This document shows positions 8,644 through 18,791 of a stretch of DNA of 64,000 nucleotides, piece by piece. Each line of letters begins with the position of its first letter. The first letter of the stretch is position 1. The stretch is taken from contig CAVRJP010000001.1 of NCBI GenBank assembly GCA_963721765.1, positions 590,878 through 654,877 on the forward strand. Reading direction: 5' to 3'. A program made the position numbers and the translations under genes. The notes beneath the pieces are model-generated. The model searched no databases. It was not told where the DNA came from and was given only the letters and a program-made list of their open reading frames with translations. This stretch comes from an uncultured Chloroflexia bacterium. Lineage in GTDB: Bacteria > Chloroflexota > Limnocylindria > Limnocylindrales > CSP1-4.

Positions 8644-9359
8644 CCCGGCTTCGTGTCGCCGGGCTGGCCGTAGTACGCGTCGGCGCCGTGCTTGCGATCG
8701 AAGTGGCGGGTCAGGAGCTCCGTGGCCATCTCGGGCGTCGCGGGATCGATCCCGAGCGTCCGCCAGGCGATCGTGGCGATCTCCTCGAGCGCGATCGCAG
8801 CCTCCACCGCGGCCGCCGGCGTCGCGCCCCACGTGAACGGGCCGTGGGAACGCACGAGCACGGCAGGAGAGTCGGTGGCATTGCGGCCCGATGCACGCAC
8901 GGTCTCGACGATGACCTTGCCGGTTGCCAGCTCGTAGTCGCCCGCGAGCTCGTCGCCCTCGAGCGAGCGGCTCACGAGGACCGGGCCGCGGAAGTAGTCG
9001 GCGTGCGTCGTCCCGAAGGCCGGGATGGGTCGTCCCGCCTGCGCCCACGCCGCCGCGCTCGTGGAGTGCGTGTGGACGACGCCGCCAATCTCGGGAAATT
9101 CGAGGTAAAGGAGGCGATGCGTCGGCGTGTCCGACGATGGCCGGAGCGAACCCTCGACGACGCGACCGTCATCGAGCGCGACCACGACGAGCTCGTCCGG
9201 GTCGACCGCGTCGCACGCGATGCCACTCGGCTTGATGACCAGGACGCCGGCCGCCCGATCGACGCCGGAGACGTTGCCGAACGAGAGCGAGACGAGGCCC
9301 GCGCGAGCGACCGCCCGGTTCGCGACGGCGACCTCGGCACGCAGGCGGGCGAGGCTCAC
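8640..9359 (-). CDS. araD: L-ribulose-5-phosphate 4-epimerase
   Basis: Class II aldolase/epimerase pattern (GNVSGVD, IKPSG, VVHTHS, HGPFTWG). GTG 9359 overlaps the GH127 stop (GTGA). Confidence 0.9.
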   Translation of the reverse strand: MSLARLRAEVAVANRAVARAGLVSLSFGNVSGVDRAAGVLVIKPSGIACDAVDPDELVVVALDDGRVVEGSLRPSSDTPTHRLLYLEFPEIGGVVHTHSTSAAAWAQAGRPIPAFGTTHADYFRGPVLVSRSLEGDELAGDYELATGKVIVETVRASGRNATDSPAVLVRSHGPFTWGATPAAAVEAAIALEEIATIAWRTLGIDPATPEMATELLTRHFDRKHGADAYYGQPGDTKPG

Positions 9360-11272
9360 GCGTCGGCTCGCGGGATCCAGACGCGCATCCCGCCGGCGCC
9401 GCGGTTCGACCAGGCGTAATAGGGGATCGCGTCGATGTCGCGGCGTTCGCCATCCGCCGTCGCCGAGACCGTGAGCCCGACGACCAATTGCCCGAGGTCG
9501 GGCCGGGCCGTGACGGTCGCCCCCGCGTCGGGAGGCCACGCGATGTCCTCGACGTCCACCCCCGCCGGCATGTCGGCGGTCTCGATGGCGTACACGATCG
9601 GCCCGCGCTCGAGCGCGACACAGCCGCGGATCGCGTCGATGCGCGGATCGGGCGCGGTGATTCGAGGCGCCACGTCCAGGCTGAGCACGACCTGGTCGCC
9701 GGCTCGCCAGGTGCGACGCTCGCTGATCGATCGGCCGTCCGGCGCGGTCTCGCCAACGCGGCCGGAGGCATCGCTCATCGTCGCCGAGGAGCTCCAGCTC
9801 GGGACGCGCAGCGACAGGGTCCAGGGTGCGTCCGAGCTTTCCACGACCGTCACGGACACATCGCCGTCCCATGGGTAGCCCGTCTCCACCACGAGCCGAA
9901 CGGCACCAGCGCTGATCTCCGACGAGGCGTACTGGTGGACCTGGACGCCGCGCTGGTCCGCCGTCGCGAGCAGGTGTGGCCACGAGGCGACGAAGCGCAT
10001 GAGGTTCGGCGGGCAGCAAGCGCAGGCGTACCAGGCCGCGCGCTCCTTGCTCCCGGGCTCCTCCCACGTCCGGTTCGTCCGGCGCTGCAGCGGGTTGACG
10101 TAGAAGAACGCCGTCCCGTCGCTCGAGAGCGCCGGCAAAACGCCGTTGAACGCCGTTCGCTCGATCACGTCGGCGCAGGTCGGGTCGCCCGTGGCGAGCT
10201 GGAGCCGCCAGGCGAGCATCACCGAGGCGATGGCCGCGCACGTCTCCGCGTAGGCACGGTCCGGCGGCAGCTCGAACGCGTCGCCGAACGCCTCGTCCTT
10301 GTGCCGGCTGCCGAGGGCGCCGGTCAGGTACATCTTCGACTCGACCATGTCCCGCCAACGCCGATGGACCGCGTCGAGCAGGTCCTGGTCGCCGAGCTCG
10401 ACCGCGACATCGACCGCGCCGCAATCGAGGTACAGCTGCCGCACCGCGTGGCCCACCACGGACGGCGCTTCGCGGACCGGCAGGTGGTCCTGCCAGTACG
10501 CCCGGCCGAACCGCCCGACGCCGAGCAGGCCACGCCCTCGCCGCTCGATGAACGCCGCCGCGAGGTCGAGGTGCCGCCGATCGCCCGTCACCCGGTACAG
10601 CTCGACAAGCGCCATCTCGATCTCCGGGTGGCCCTCGATCGATTCGCGCGCGCCCGGGGCGAGCTCCCGTGCCACCGAGGCGACGGCGCGCTCCGCAACG
10701 CCGAGGAGCCGGTCGTCGCCGAGCGAGCGATGCCACGCGACCGCGGCCTGCACCAGATGGCCGATGCAGTACAGCTCGTGGCCCCACTGGAGGTCGTGGT
10801 ACTCGGTGCCCGGCGCGAGCACCTGGACGAACGTGTTGAGGTAGCCGTCCGGTCGCTGCGCAGCCTCGACGAGGGCGATCGCCTCGTCGGCCATCGCGGA
10901 GATCCGCTCGTCCGGGCCATGACCGAGCTCCCAGCCGGCGCCCTCGAGCCACTTGTAGACGTCCGAGTCGAGGAACGGGAACGGCCGGTCGAACATGATC
11001 CCGAGCGCGCGATAGCCCTCCCGCGCCGCGGACGCCGCCAGGCGGAAGTTGTGGAGCGTGCCCGCGGCCTCGAGCTGGGCGTAGCCCGCCGGGATCGTCC
11101 GCTCTCGGTTCGTGGCCGCCCGGTCCGCCCAGAAGCCGCCGGTCAGGCGGACCTCGGCGGCGCCGATCGGGCGTAGCCGCGAGATCGCACCGGAGGTCGG
11201 GGCGACCGGCGCAACGGGCGCGCCCACCGTCGAGGGGCCAGCGGCACCCGGGATCGAGCCGGAGACGGTCAC
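9356..11272 (-). CDS. GH127 beta-L-arabinofuranosidase (DUF1680/HypBA1 family)
   Basis: 638 aa with the ACACCPPN cysteine motif and the GHxxxxLV/YLD pattern of HypBA1-like enzymes. Confidence 0.85.
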   Translation of the reverse strand: MTVSGSIPGAAGPSTVGAPVAPVAPTSGAISRLRPIGAAEVRLTGGFWADRAATNRERTIPAGYAQLEAAGTLHNFRLAASAAREGYRALGIMFDRPFPFLDSDVYKWLEGAGWELGHGPDERISAMADEAIALVEAAQRPDGYLNTFVQVLAPGTEYHDLQWGHELYCIGHLVQAAVAWHRSLGDDRLLGVAERAVASVARELAPGARESIEGHPEIEMALVELYRVTGDRRHLDLAAAFIERRGRGLLGVGRFGRAYWQDHLPVREAPSVVGHAVRQLYLDCGAVDVAVELGDQDLLDAVHRRWRDMVESKMYLTGALGSRHKDEAFGDAFELPPDRAYAETCAAIASVMLAWRLQLATGDPTCADVIERTAFNGVLPALSSDGTAFFYVNPLQRRTNRTWEEPGSKERAAWYACACCPPNLMRFVASWPHLLATADQRGVQVHQYASSEISAGAVRLVVETGYPWDGDVSVTVVESSDAPWTLSLRVPSWSSSATMSDASGRVGETAPDGRSISERRTWRAGDQVVLSLDVAPRITAPDPRIDAIRGCVALERGPIVYAIETADMPAGVDVEDIAWPPDAGATVTARPDLGQLVVGLTVSATADGERRDIDAIPYYAWSNRGAGGMRVWIPRADA

Positions 11273-11282
11273 GCGCGCAACC

Positions 11283-12824
11283 CTACGGCCCGCGGTTGAC
11301 GAAGTAGTACGCCTGGTTCCAGCGCAGCTCGCGCTTGAACGCCGCTGGCGTCGTCGACGCGTCGATCGTCACGAGCTCGAGGTCCGCGATGTCGGCGAAG
11401 TCGGTCAGGGGCTCCATGCCGAGGCTCGACGTCAACGCCGTGTGGTGCGGGCCGCCCGCCATGAGCCACGCCTCGGCCGCCGTGGCGAGGCTTGGGCGTG
11501 GCCGCCAGACGGCGCGGGCAACGGGCAGGTTGGGCAGGGGAGCGTCCGCCTCGACCACGTCGACCTCGCTGGCGATGAGCCGGAACCGGTCGCCGAGGTC
11601 GGCGAGCCCGACGATGACCGCAGGCCCGGGTGAGGCATCGAACACCAGCCGCACCGGGTCGGCACGTCCACCGATCGACAGCGGGTGGATCTCGCAGGAC
11701 GGCCGTTCGCGGGTCAATGACGGGCAGACCTCGAGCATGTGCGCGCCGAGCACCTCCGGCACCGGATCGCCGAGGTGGTAGGTGTAGTCCTCCATGAACG
11801 ACGTGCCGCCGGGCAGCCCATCGGCCATGACCTTGAGGATCCGCACCAGCGCGGCGGCCTTCCAGTCGCCCTCGGCGCCGAAGCCGTACCCGTCGGCCAT
11901 CATCCGCTGGACGCCGATCCCCGGCAGCTGCGCGAGCCCGCCGAGGTCCTCGAACGTGTCGGTGAACGCGCCGAAACCGCCCTCGTCGACGAACGATCGG
12001 AGCCCGGCCTCGATCCGCGCAGCGCTCCGCAGCTCGGGATGACGCTCGCCGTTCCGGCGCAGCGCCGGGCCAACGTCGTAGCTCTCCTCGTAGGCATCGA
12101 TGAGCGCGTCGACGTCTGTGTCCGGGATCGCGTTGACTCGCTCGACGAGCTCGCCGACGCCGTAGCCGTTGACCGAGAACCCGAGCCGCGCCTGCGCCTC
12201 CACCTTGTCGCCCTCGGTGACCGCGACGTGGCGCATGTTGTCGCCGAACCGGGCGATCTTGAGGCGGCGGGCCTCGTGCCAGCCCGAGGCGGCACGCGTC
12301 CAGGCGCCGAGCCGCTCCGCCACCGCGGGGTCCGCCCAGTGCCCGACGACCGTCTTGCGCCCGCGCCGCAGCCGCGTCTGGATGAACGCGAACTCGCGGT
12401 CGCCGTGGGCGGCCTGGTTCAGGTTCATGAAGTCCATGTCGATCTCGCCCCACGGCAGGTCGCGGTTGTACTGCGTGTGGAGGTGGACCAGGGGCTTGCG
12501 CAGGTCGGTCAGGCCGCCGATCCACATCTTGGCCGGCGAGAACGTGTGCATCCAGGCGATGACGCCGATGCAGGTCGGGCTCGAATCGGCCTCGCGGAGG
12601 ACCGCGGCGATGGCCTCCGGCGTAGGGACGACCGGCTTCGCGACGATCCGCACGGGGATCGCGGGTGCCTCATCGAGGGCGCCGGCGATGTGCCGCGCGT
12701 TCTCGTCGACGCGCGCCAGGACGGCGTCGCCATACAGCTGTTGGCTGCCCGTGATGAACCACGCCTCGAGGTCGGCGAGGCGGCGACGCGCGCCCGTGGC
12801 GCCCTTCGACTCGGTCATGGTCAT
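11283..12824 (-). CDS. araA: L-arabinose isomerase
   Basis: [32 protein letters not shown] and MEDYTYH motifs. ATG 12824 overlaps the permease stop (ATGA). Confidence 0.92.
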   Translation of the reverse strand: MTMTESKGATGARRRLADLEAWFITGSQQLYGDAVLARVDENARHIAGALDEAPAIPVRIVAKPVVPTPEAIAAVLREADSSPTCIGVIAWMHTFSPAKMWIGGLTDLRKPLVHLHTQYNRDLPWGEIDMDFMNLNQAAHGDREFAFIQTRLRRGRKTVVGHWADPAVAERLGAWTRAASGWHEARRLKIARFGDNMRHVAVTEGDKVEAQARLGFSVNGYGVGELVERVNAIPDTDVDALIDAYEESYDVGPALRRNGERHPELRSAARIEAGLRSFVDEGGFGAFTDTFEDLGGLAQLPGIGVQRMMADGYGFGAEGDWKAAALVRILKVMADGLPGGTSFMEDYTYHLGDPVPEVLGAHMLEVCPSLTRERPSCEIHPLSIGGRADPVRLVFDASPGPAVIVGLADLGDRFRLIASEVDVVEADAPLPNLPVARAVWRPRPSLATAAEAWLMAGGPHHTALTSSLGMEPLTDFADIADLELVTIDASTTPAAFKRELRWNQAYYFVNRGP

Positions 12825-13720
12825 TTGAGGGCCCCCTGAGTTAGGCCGGATACGTAGTACTTCTGCAGCAGGAGGTAGAAGAGGATGCAGGGAACGATCG
12901 AGATCGTGATGCCCGCCTGGAGCATGCCCCAGTCGGTCCCACCGAGGCTGGTCTCGGTCCGCGCCACCGCGAGGATCACCGGGAGCGTGAACGACGCCTC
13001 CCGGCTGTTCATCACGATCGAGCCGAGCAGCTCGTTCCAGGACGTGATGAACGCGAACAGCGCGACGGTGACGATCGCCGGGACCACCGCGGGCAGGAGC
13101 ACGCGTCGGAGGACCTGCCACGTCCCGGCGCCGTCGATCACCGCCGCCTCCTCGAGCTCCCTCGGGACCGCCTCGAAGCTGTTGCGCATGATGTACAGGC
13201 TGAACGGCAGCTGGATCGTCGTGTGCAGGATCGCCAGGCCGATGATCGTGTTCGTCAGCTTCAGCTGCGCGAACATCAGGAACATCGGGGTCAGCAGCGC
13301 CTGGTACGGGATGATCAGGGCCATGAGCATGAAGACGAAGAGGACTTCCCTGCCCGGGATCGGCAGCCGAGCGAACGCGAAGCCGGCCGTGATCGTGAGG
13401 GCGAGGGCGATCACGATGGTCAGCAGTGCCGTCCCGAGGCTGTTCGTCACGTAGTGCACCAGCCCCGCCTGGTAGTCCCACAGGCGGGCGTAGCTATCGA
13501 GGCTCAGCTCGGTCGGGAAGTAGGTCGGCGGCGAGGCGGCTGCCTCGGCGGTCGTCTTGAACGAAGCGGCAACCGTGAACACGATGGGCGCGACCATAAC
13601 GGCGCACAGGGCCACGCAGATCGCCGCAGCCAGGTAGCGGTTCCTGCCCCGGATCGCGCGACGCAGCGCGCGGCGAATCCGGGAGACATCGGCCGGCACG
13701 GCCACGGCCCCGGCGGTCAT
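12821..13720 (-). CDS. carbohydrate ABC transporter permease (MalG-like)
   Basis: Six TM segments and the EAA loop [21 protein letters not shown]. Confidence 0.9.
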   Translation of the reverse strand: MTAGAVAVPADVSRIRRALRRAIRGRNRYLAAAICVALCAVMVAPIVFTVAASFKTTAEAAASPPTYFPTELSLDSYARLWDYQAGLVHYVTNSLGTALLTIVIALALTITAGFAFARLPIPGREVLFVFMLMALIIPYQALLTPMFLMFAQLKLTNTIIGLAILHTTIQLPFSLYIMRNSFEAVPRELEEAAVIDGAGTWQVLRRVLLPAVVPAIVTVALFAFITSWNELLGSIVMNSREASFTLPVILAVARTETSLGGTDWGMLQAGITISIVPCILFYLLLQKYYVSGLTQGALK

Positions 13721-14604
13721 GAGAGGCGCGCGCTCCGACGCGACAGCGTGAGCTGCACGAGCGTCAGCCCGAGGAGCAGCACGGACAGGATCAGCGACAG
13801 TGCCGCCCCATAACCGAGCTTCAGGTACGGGAACGAGTTGAGGTAGATGAAGAAGACCGACGTGGCCGTGCGGTTGAACGGCTGGCCCGCGGTCATGACG
13901 TAGAACTGGTCGAAGGCCAGCATCGAGCCGATCACGCTGATCAGGGTGACCAGCAGGATCGTGCGCGCGGTCAGCGGCAGGGTCACGTAGCGGACGCGCT
14001 GGCGAAAGCTCGCACCATCGACCATCGTCGCCTCATTGACCTCGGATGGGATCGCCTGGATCGCAGCCACGAACAGCAGCATGCCGAAGCCGAGGACCTT
14101 CCAGACGACCGACACGATGATCGCCCACGTCGATCGGTCGGCATCCGTGCCGAGCCACTGCGTGGGCTTGGCGATGAGGCCGAGGTCCAGCAACAGCCGG
14201 TCGATCAGCCCGAAGTCCGGGTTGAAGAGCCAGTACCACGCGAGGCTCGAGACGCCGAGCCCGATGACGACCGGGATGAACACGAATGTCCGCGTCACCC
14301 GACGCAACGGACTGTTGTCCGCGACCAGCAGCGCGACCAGGTAGCCGCCGACCATGAGGATGGGCGTGATGAAGACGGTGTACTTGACGCTGTACCCGAG
14401 CGACACCCAGAACTGCCGGTCCATGAAGAACGCGCGCTCGAAGTTGTCCGTCCCGATGAACTTCGGCGGCGAGAGCAACGACCAGCTGTTGAACGACACC
14501 CAGACCATCTGGATGAATGGGTACGCCGTGAAGATCAGAACGAACAGGAGCGCCGGGGTGAGGTACAGCAGCCCGATGAGCTTGAAGCGGCGCGTGGCGT
14601 ACAT
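13717..14604 (-). CDS. carbohydrate ABC transporter permease (MalF-like)
   Basis: TM-rich, with EAA-type loop NEATMVDGASFRQRVRYVTLP. 4-nt overlap with the downstream permease. Confidence 0.9.
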   Translation of the reverse strand: MYATRRFKLIGLLYLTPALLFVLIFTAYPFIQMVWVSFNSWSLLSPPKFIGTDNFERAFFMDRQFWVSLGYSVKYTVFITPILMVGGYLVALLVADNSPLRRVTRTFVFIPVVIGLGVSSLAWYWLFNPDFGLIDRLLLDLGLIAKPTQWLGTDADRSTWAIIVSVVWKVLGFGMLLFVAAIQAIPSEVNEATMVDGASFRQRVRYVTLPLTARTILLVTLISVIGSMLAFDQFYVMTAGQPFNRTATSVFFIYLNSFPYLKLGYGAALSLILSVLLLGLTLVQLTLSRRSARLS

Positions 14605-14771
14605 TCCCGACCTCCGGGGAAGGCCGGCGCCGGCTGTCCGACGCGCGGGAGTCGGTCAATGATCGGGCGGCGGACGGTGGCCCGGAAGGCCGGTTCGTCG
14701 CGCCCCCGCTCGAATGAGTGCTGGGGTGCCTCGGAGAGGCACCCCAGCGCACGACTGGAGGAGCGTCGGGA

Positions 14772-16163
14772 CTACGTTGCGCAGGAGATGGACTTCATCG
14801 TGTCCTTGGTCTCGGCCACGATGGTCGCCAGGTCTTCGTCCGTGTAGTAGACCCTCTGGAGCATCTGCAGCCACGGGCCCTGCGGCGAGTTGATCTGCTC
14901 GAAGAACGTCAGGGTGTACGGCGTCCGGCCGACGGCCAGCGCCTTCGCGACGTCCTGGACGAGCGGCTCGGCCTGGAAGTACTTGTTGTCCGCCATGTCG
15001 GAGCGGGTCGTGAGGTTCAGCAGCTTGGCGTAGCTCTCGACCTGCGTGTTGTCCGACAGCAGGAACTTCATGAACGCGACCGCGTCGTCGACGCGATCGC
15101 TGCCGTTCGGCACGACGACGAGGTCGCCGCCGATGAACGAGGCGTACTCCCCGGAGTCGAGACCGGGCAGCAGGCTGATTCCGAACTCGAACTCGTGACC
15201 GACCATCTGATCACGCGCGAGCGTGATGTTGAAGTTGCCGGTGCCCATCTGGCCCAGCTTGCCGGTGCCGAACTGGAGGTGGAACGAGTCGCCGCTCTCG
15301 GCCTGGGCGCTCGGGTTGATGTTCGTCGACTTCGCCATGTCGCGAAGCCACTGCAGGACCGGGACGAGGTTGTCGCCGGTGAGCGGCTCGTCGCCGCACT
15401 TGCCGGCCTCGATCTGGACACCCGATGCCCAGAGGAGCGGCCCGACCGTGAAGATGTTGCAGCCGGCGCAGTTGCCCGGCAGGTAGTAGCCATAGGTGTC
15501 CGCGCCGAGCGCCGTGATCTTGTCGGCGTTCGCGCGCAGGTCGGCGAGGCTCGTCGGCGGCCCGGTGATGCCGGCGTCCGCGTACAGGTCCTTGTTGTAG
15601 AACAGGGCCGAGACGTCCGCGTACAGCGGGACGCCGAACAGCCGATCGTTGAACGTCGCCACGGTCATGTGACCGGGGCTCGCCGTCGTCAGCTCGGGCC
15701 AGTCCTTGATCATGTCGGTGATGTCGACGAGCTGCCCCTCGTTCTCGAACTGCGGGGCGTAGATCAGGTCCATGCCCATGAGATCGGGAACGTCGCCGGA
15801 CGCGATGCCCTGGGCGATCTTGCCGACCATCTCGGCGTGGGGGATGTAGCTGAGGTTGATGGTCTTGTCCGGGTTGGCCGCGTTCCAGTCGCAGACGAGC
15901 TGGTCGACCATGCCCTTGTTCCCGCCGGAGCGCTCCCACATCTCCATGCGGTTGTCGGCGGTCGACTGGGCGCAGTCCTTCGCCGGCTCGGGGGTCGGGG
16001 CAGCCGCGGCCTGGCTGGGCGCTTCGGTGGCGGCCGGGGTCGATGCTCCCGGTGTTGGCCCCGTTGCCGACGTCGGTGCGGTCGACGCAGCCGGGGTGGT
16101 ACAGGCCGCCAGCAGCAGGAGAGCGACGCTCGCGAGCGCCGGCCACCTGAGACGGTTCCTCAT
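14772..16163 (-). CDS. ABC transporter extracellular sugar-binding lipoprotein (family 1 SBP)
   Basis: Signal peptide + LLLAAC lipobox, Thr/Pro/Ala linker and an SBP_bac_1-like body. AGGAGG lies upstream of ATG 16163. First gene of the ara operon. Confidence 0.85.
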   Translation of the reverse strand: MRNRLRWPALASVALLLLAACTTPAASTAPTSATGPTPGASTPAATEAPSQAAAAPTPEPAKDCAQSTADNRMEMWERSGGNKGMVDQLVCDWNAANPDKTINLSYIPHAEMVGKIAQGIASGDVPDLMGMDLIYAPQFENEGQLVDITDMIKDWPELTTASPGHMTVATFNDRLFGVPLYADVSALFYNKDLYADAGITGPPTSLADLRANADKITALGADTYGYYLPGNCAGCNIFTVGPLLWASGVQIEAGKCGDEPLTGDNLVPVLQWLRDMAKSTNINPSAQAESGDSFHLQFGTGKLGQMGTGNFNITLARDQMVGHEFEFGISLLPGLDSGEYASFIGGDLVVVPNGSDRVDDAVAFMKFLLSDNTQVESYAKLLNLTTRSDMADNKYFQAEPLVQDVAKALAVGRTPYTLTFFEQINSPQGPWLQMLQRVYYTDEDLATIVAETKDTMKSISCAT

Positions 16164-16194
16164 CCGTGCTCCTCCTCATGACGGACGGACCGGG

Positions 16195-16210
16195 ATCTGC
16201 CGCGGCAGAT
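16195..16210. promoter_or_regulatory. 16-bp perfect palindrome ATCTGCCGCGGCAGAT, candidate operator of the arabinose operon
   Basis: Perfect dyad 32 nt upstream of the SBP start, in the divergent SBP/LLM spacer. No regulator assignment is possible. Confidence 0.25.
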
Positions 16211-16330
16211 GGCGTGGCAGCCCGGAGCGTCGGCTAGACTAGCACGTACGCAATCGAGTGTGTGCATTCGTTTGCGCAAGTTTTTCGCCCCGATCGTGCC
16301 GCGATCCACCGAACACGGGAGAATGGCCAC

Positions 16331-17290
16331 ATGAGCGAGATTCGACTGGGCATCAACCTGTGGAGCCAGGCGAGCGACTGGCCGACGTTCCTCGCTGCCG
16401 GGCGGCATGCCGAGGAGCTCGGCTACGACCACCTGTGGACCTGGGACCACATCTACGCGATCTTCGGCGATCCGTACCAGCCGATCCACGAGGGTTACGC
16501 GGCCCTCGCAGCGCTCGCCCAGGCAACGTCCCGGATCAAGCTCGGGCTGTTCGTCGGCGCGAACACGTTCCGGAACCCAGGCCTCGCGGTGAAGTCGCTC
16601 ACGACGATCGACCACATCAGCGGCGGCCGGGCGATCCTCGGCATCGGCGGTGCCTGGTTCGAGGGCGAGCACACGGCGTTCGGCATCGACTTCGGGTCGG
16701 GCTTCGGACAGCGACTGGACTGGCTGGCCGAGGCGACGTCGGCGATCCGAACCCTCCTCGATGGCGGCGAGGTGACGAGCGCGCCGGGCGGGCGGTACGC
16801 GTTCGAAGCCCTTCGGATCAACCCGCTGCCGCTCCAGAAGCGGCTCCCGATCATGATCGGTGGGGCGGGGGAGAAGAAGACGCTCCGGATCGTCGCCCAG
16901 CACGCGGACATGTGGAACGTCTTCGGGCTGCCCGAAACGGTGGCCCGAAAGGACGAGATCCTCCGCCAGCACTGCGCCGACGTCGGCCGGGACTCATCGG
17001 AGATCGAGCGGACCCTCGGCTGCAAGCCCACCATCCGATCGACCGAGGCCGAGGCCCAGCGCGTCTACCTCGAGCTGCTCGAGGCGAACCGGACGCCCCT
17101 CTCGCGGATGGACGGCGATGTCTCCGTGTGGACCGGCACGCCCGAGCAGATCGCGGAGACGATCATCGGCTACCGGAAGGTCGGCTTCGACACGTTCGTC
17201 GCCGAGCTCGCCGCGCCCTACGACCTCGAGACCATGGACCTGCTCATGAACGCCGTGAAGCCGATCGTGGAGCGCGCCACCCCCGGTTGA
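16331..17290 (+). CDS. LLM class F420-dependent oxidoreductase (luciferase-like)
   Basis: MSEIRLGINLW...HLWTWDH...GGRAILGIGGAW...MIGGAGEKKTLRIVAQHAD pattern. GGGAGA SD before ATG 16331, so the ORF-track start 16262 is rejected. Confidence 0.85.
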   Translation: MSEIRLGINLWSQASDWPTFLAAGRHAEELGYDHLWTWDHIYAIFGDPYQPIHEGYAALAALAQATSRIKLGLFVGANTFRNPGLAVKSLTTIDHISGGRAILGIGGAWFEGEHTAFGIDFGSGFGQRLDWLAEATSAIRTLLDGGEVTSAPGGRYAFEALRINPLPLQKRLPIMIGGAGEKKTLRIVAQHADMWNVFGLPETVARKDEILRQHCADVGRDSSEIERTLGCKPTIRSTEAEAQRVYLELLEANRTPLSRMDGDVSVWTGTPEQIAETIIGYRKVGFDTFVAELAAPYDLETMDLLMNAVKPIVERATPG

Positions 17291-17301
17291 CCCTCATGCG
17301 C

Positions 17302-17540
17302 CGGCCGCACGAGGCGCAGGGGCCGGCCGCCCGCGGCGCAGGGGCCGGCCGCACGAGGCGCAGGGGCCGGCTGCCCGAGGCTCGAACGCTCGTTCCCCTC
17401 GGCTCCGCGCCGGCTGCCCGAGGCTCGAACGCTCGTTTCCCCTCGGCGCCGCGCCGGCTGCCCGAGGCTCGAACGCTCGTTTCCCCTCGGCGCCGCGCCG
17501 GCTGCCCGAGGCTCGAACGCTCGTTTCCCCTCGGCGCCGC
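17302..17540. repeat. compound tandem repeat: 22-nt unit x3, then 43-44-nt hairpin unit x4
   Basis: CGGCCGCACGAGGCGCAGGGGC x3 (17302-17367), then CGGCTGCCCGAGGCTCGAACGCTCGTTTCCCCTCGGCGCCGCGC x4 (17368-17540). Each long unit contains CCGAGG...CCTCGG plus an inner GAACG/CGTTT pairing. Confidence 0.9.
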
Positions 17541-17908
17541 TGGATCAACTCCTCGCCGATCGCCGGCATCAGCGGCGGTCTGGCATCGCCTTCCGGCTGT
17601 CGATTCCGGCTGCATCGGCTCCGTGAACACAAGCCGCATCGACAAGGGGCCGGCTCGTCACGGCAGCCGTCCGGCTCCTGTGTGAGCGGCGTCCGAATCG
17701 GGCCTTGTCGTGCTCGAAGGCTGCCACTCGCGGGGAAGCCCGAGGCTGTGAACCCGCTGTCGACCTTCGTAGCGCTCCGAGTGACCATGCAGCCGACATC
17801 GCGCGGCTCAAGGCGGAATGGTTGCCTGTTCGCGCAGGGCCGCGCACCGCGACAGCCCACCGCCACGCCTTCGTCGTCAGCCCGGTCCAGGTCCGTGTGC
17901 AGGGTCAG

Positions 17909-18754
17909 TCAGGCGTCGGTCCAGGAGTGGGCCGGCTCGTAGCCCAGCAGCGAGCGTGCCCGGTCGATCAATAGGAGCGTCTCGCGACCCTGCAGGCTCC
18001 GGGTGAGCGGGACGGTGGGGAAGACCTCGGCCATGAGCTCGGCGCTCGGCCGGCGCATGCATGTGTCGGCCGCGGCGATGATCGCGACGGGCGCACCCTG
18101 GATGTCCGCCTCGAGCCCGCGCGCGACGGCTGCGGCGACGTCCCGGGCATCGACGTAGCCCCACAGGTTCCACTTCCTGATCCGCGCGTCGTCCTGCCAG
18201 GAATCGAACCGAGCGTAGTCCGCGGGCTCCATGATGTTCGAGATCCGGAGGCCGACGAACGGGATCCCGCTCTGGCGCGCGAGCTGCTCGGCCAGCGTCT
18301 CGCCCACGGCCTTCGACAGCGCGTATGAGGTCTCCGGACGCGGCGGATGGGTCTCGTCGATCGGCGCGAACGCGGGCGGCTCGTCGAACGGCAGGCCGAG
18401 CACGGTCTCGCTCGATGCCCAGACGACCCGGCTCACGCCTCGATCGACCGCCGCGGCGAAGACGTTGTACGTCGACATCGCGTTGTTGCGGAACGTCTCC
18501 GCGGCCGGCCTGATCTCGGGCGCTGGGATCGCCGCCAGATGCACGACGGCATCCGCGCCCGAGAGCACCTCGAGGCACTGGCCGTAGTCCGTCAGGTCGG
18601 CGAGCACGCACAGCCCGTGCGCGCTGCCGTCATGGCGCGTGTCGACGTTGAGGACGTCGTGCCCCGCATCGCGGAGTTGGCGAACGACCCAGCGACCGGC
18701 CTTGCCGCTCCCACCGCTGACGACGACCCGCACTCGATCCTCCAGCTCCGTCAT
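17909..18754 (-). CDS. NAD-dependent epimerase/dehydratase family protein
   Basis: Rossmann VVVSGGSGKAGRWV, the YALSK catalytic motif and SDR-extended architecture. ATG 18754 is preferred to the TTG at 18772. Confidence 0.85.
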   Translation of the reverse strand: MTELEDRVRVVVSGGSGKAGRWVVRQLRDAGHDVLNVDTRHDGSAHGLCVLADLTDYGQCLEVLSGADAVVHLAAIPAPEIRPAAETFRNNAMSTYNVFAAAVDRGVSRVVWASSETVLGLPFDEPPAFAPIDETHPPRPETSYALSKAVGETLAEQLARQSGIPFVGLRISNIMEPADYARFDSWQDDARIRKWNLWGYVDARDVAAAVARGLEADIQGAPVAIIAAADTCMRRPSAELMAEVFPTVPLTRSLQGRETLLLIDRARSLLGYEPAHSWTDA

Positions 18755-18791
18755 GCAATCGTATGACCGCAACGAATGCTACGCTTGATCG

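Noticed and set aside
8640-10952. Very long ORFs in alternative or antisense frames: 8640..10952 (770 aa), 34700..37213 (837 aa), 42284..44488 (734 aa), 45877..47910 (677 aa), 47841..50273 (810 aa), 61099..63087 (662 aa), 21239..22999, 6039..7715 and others.
   Set aside because: They are Arg/Pro/Gly/Ala-rich with no recognisable motifs. They lie opposite or out of frame to genes with clear family signatures. Long open frames of this kind are expected from stop-codon scarcity at ~70% GC.
17302-17540. CRISPR array interpretation of the 22/44-nt repeats.
   Set aside because: The whole unit repeats head-to-tail without unique spacers. No cas genes or leader are present. It is a tandem hairpin repeat instead.
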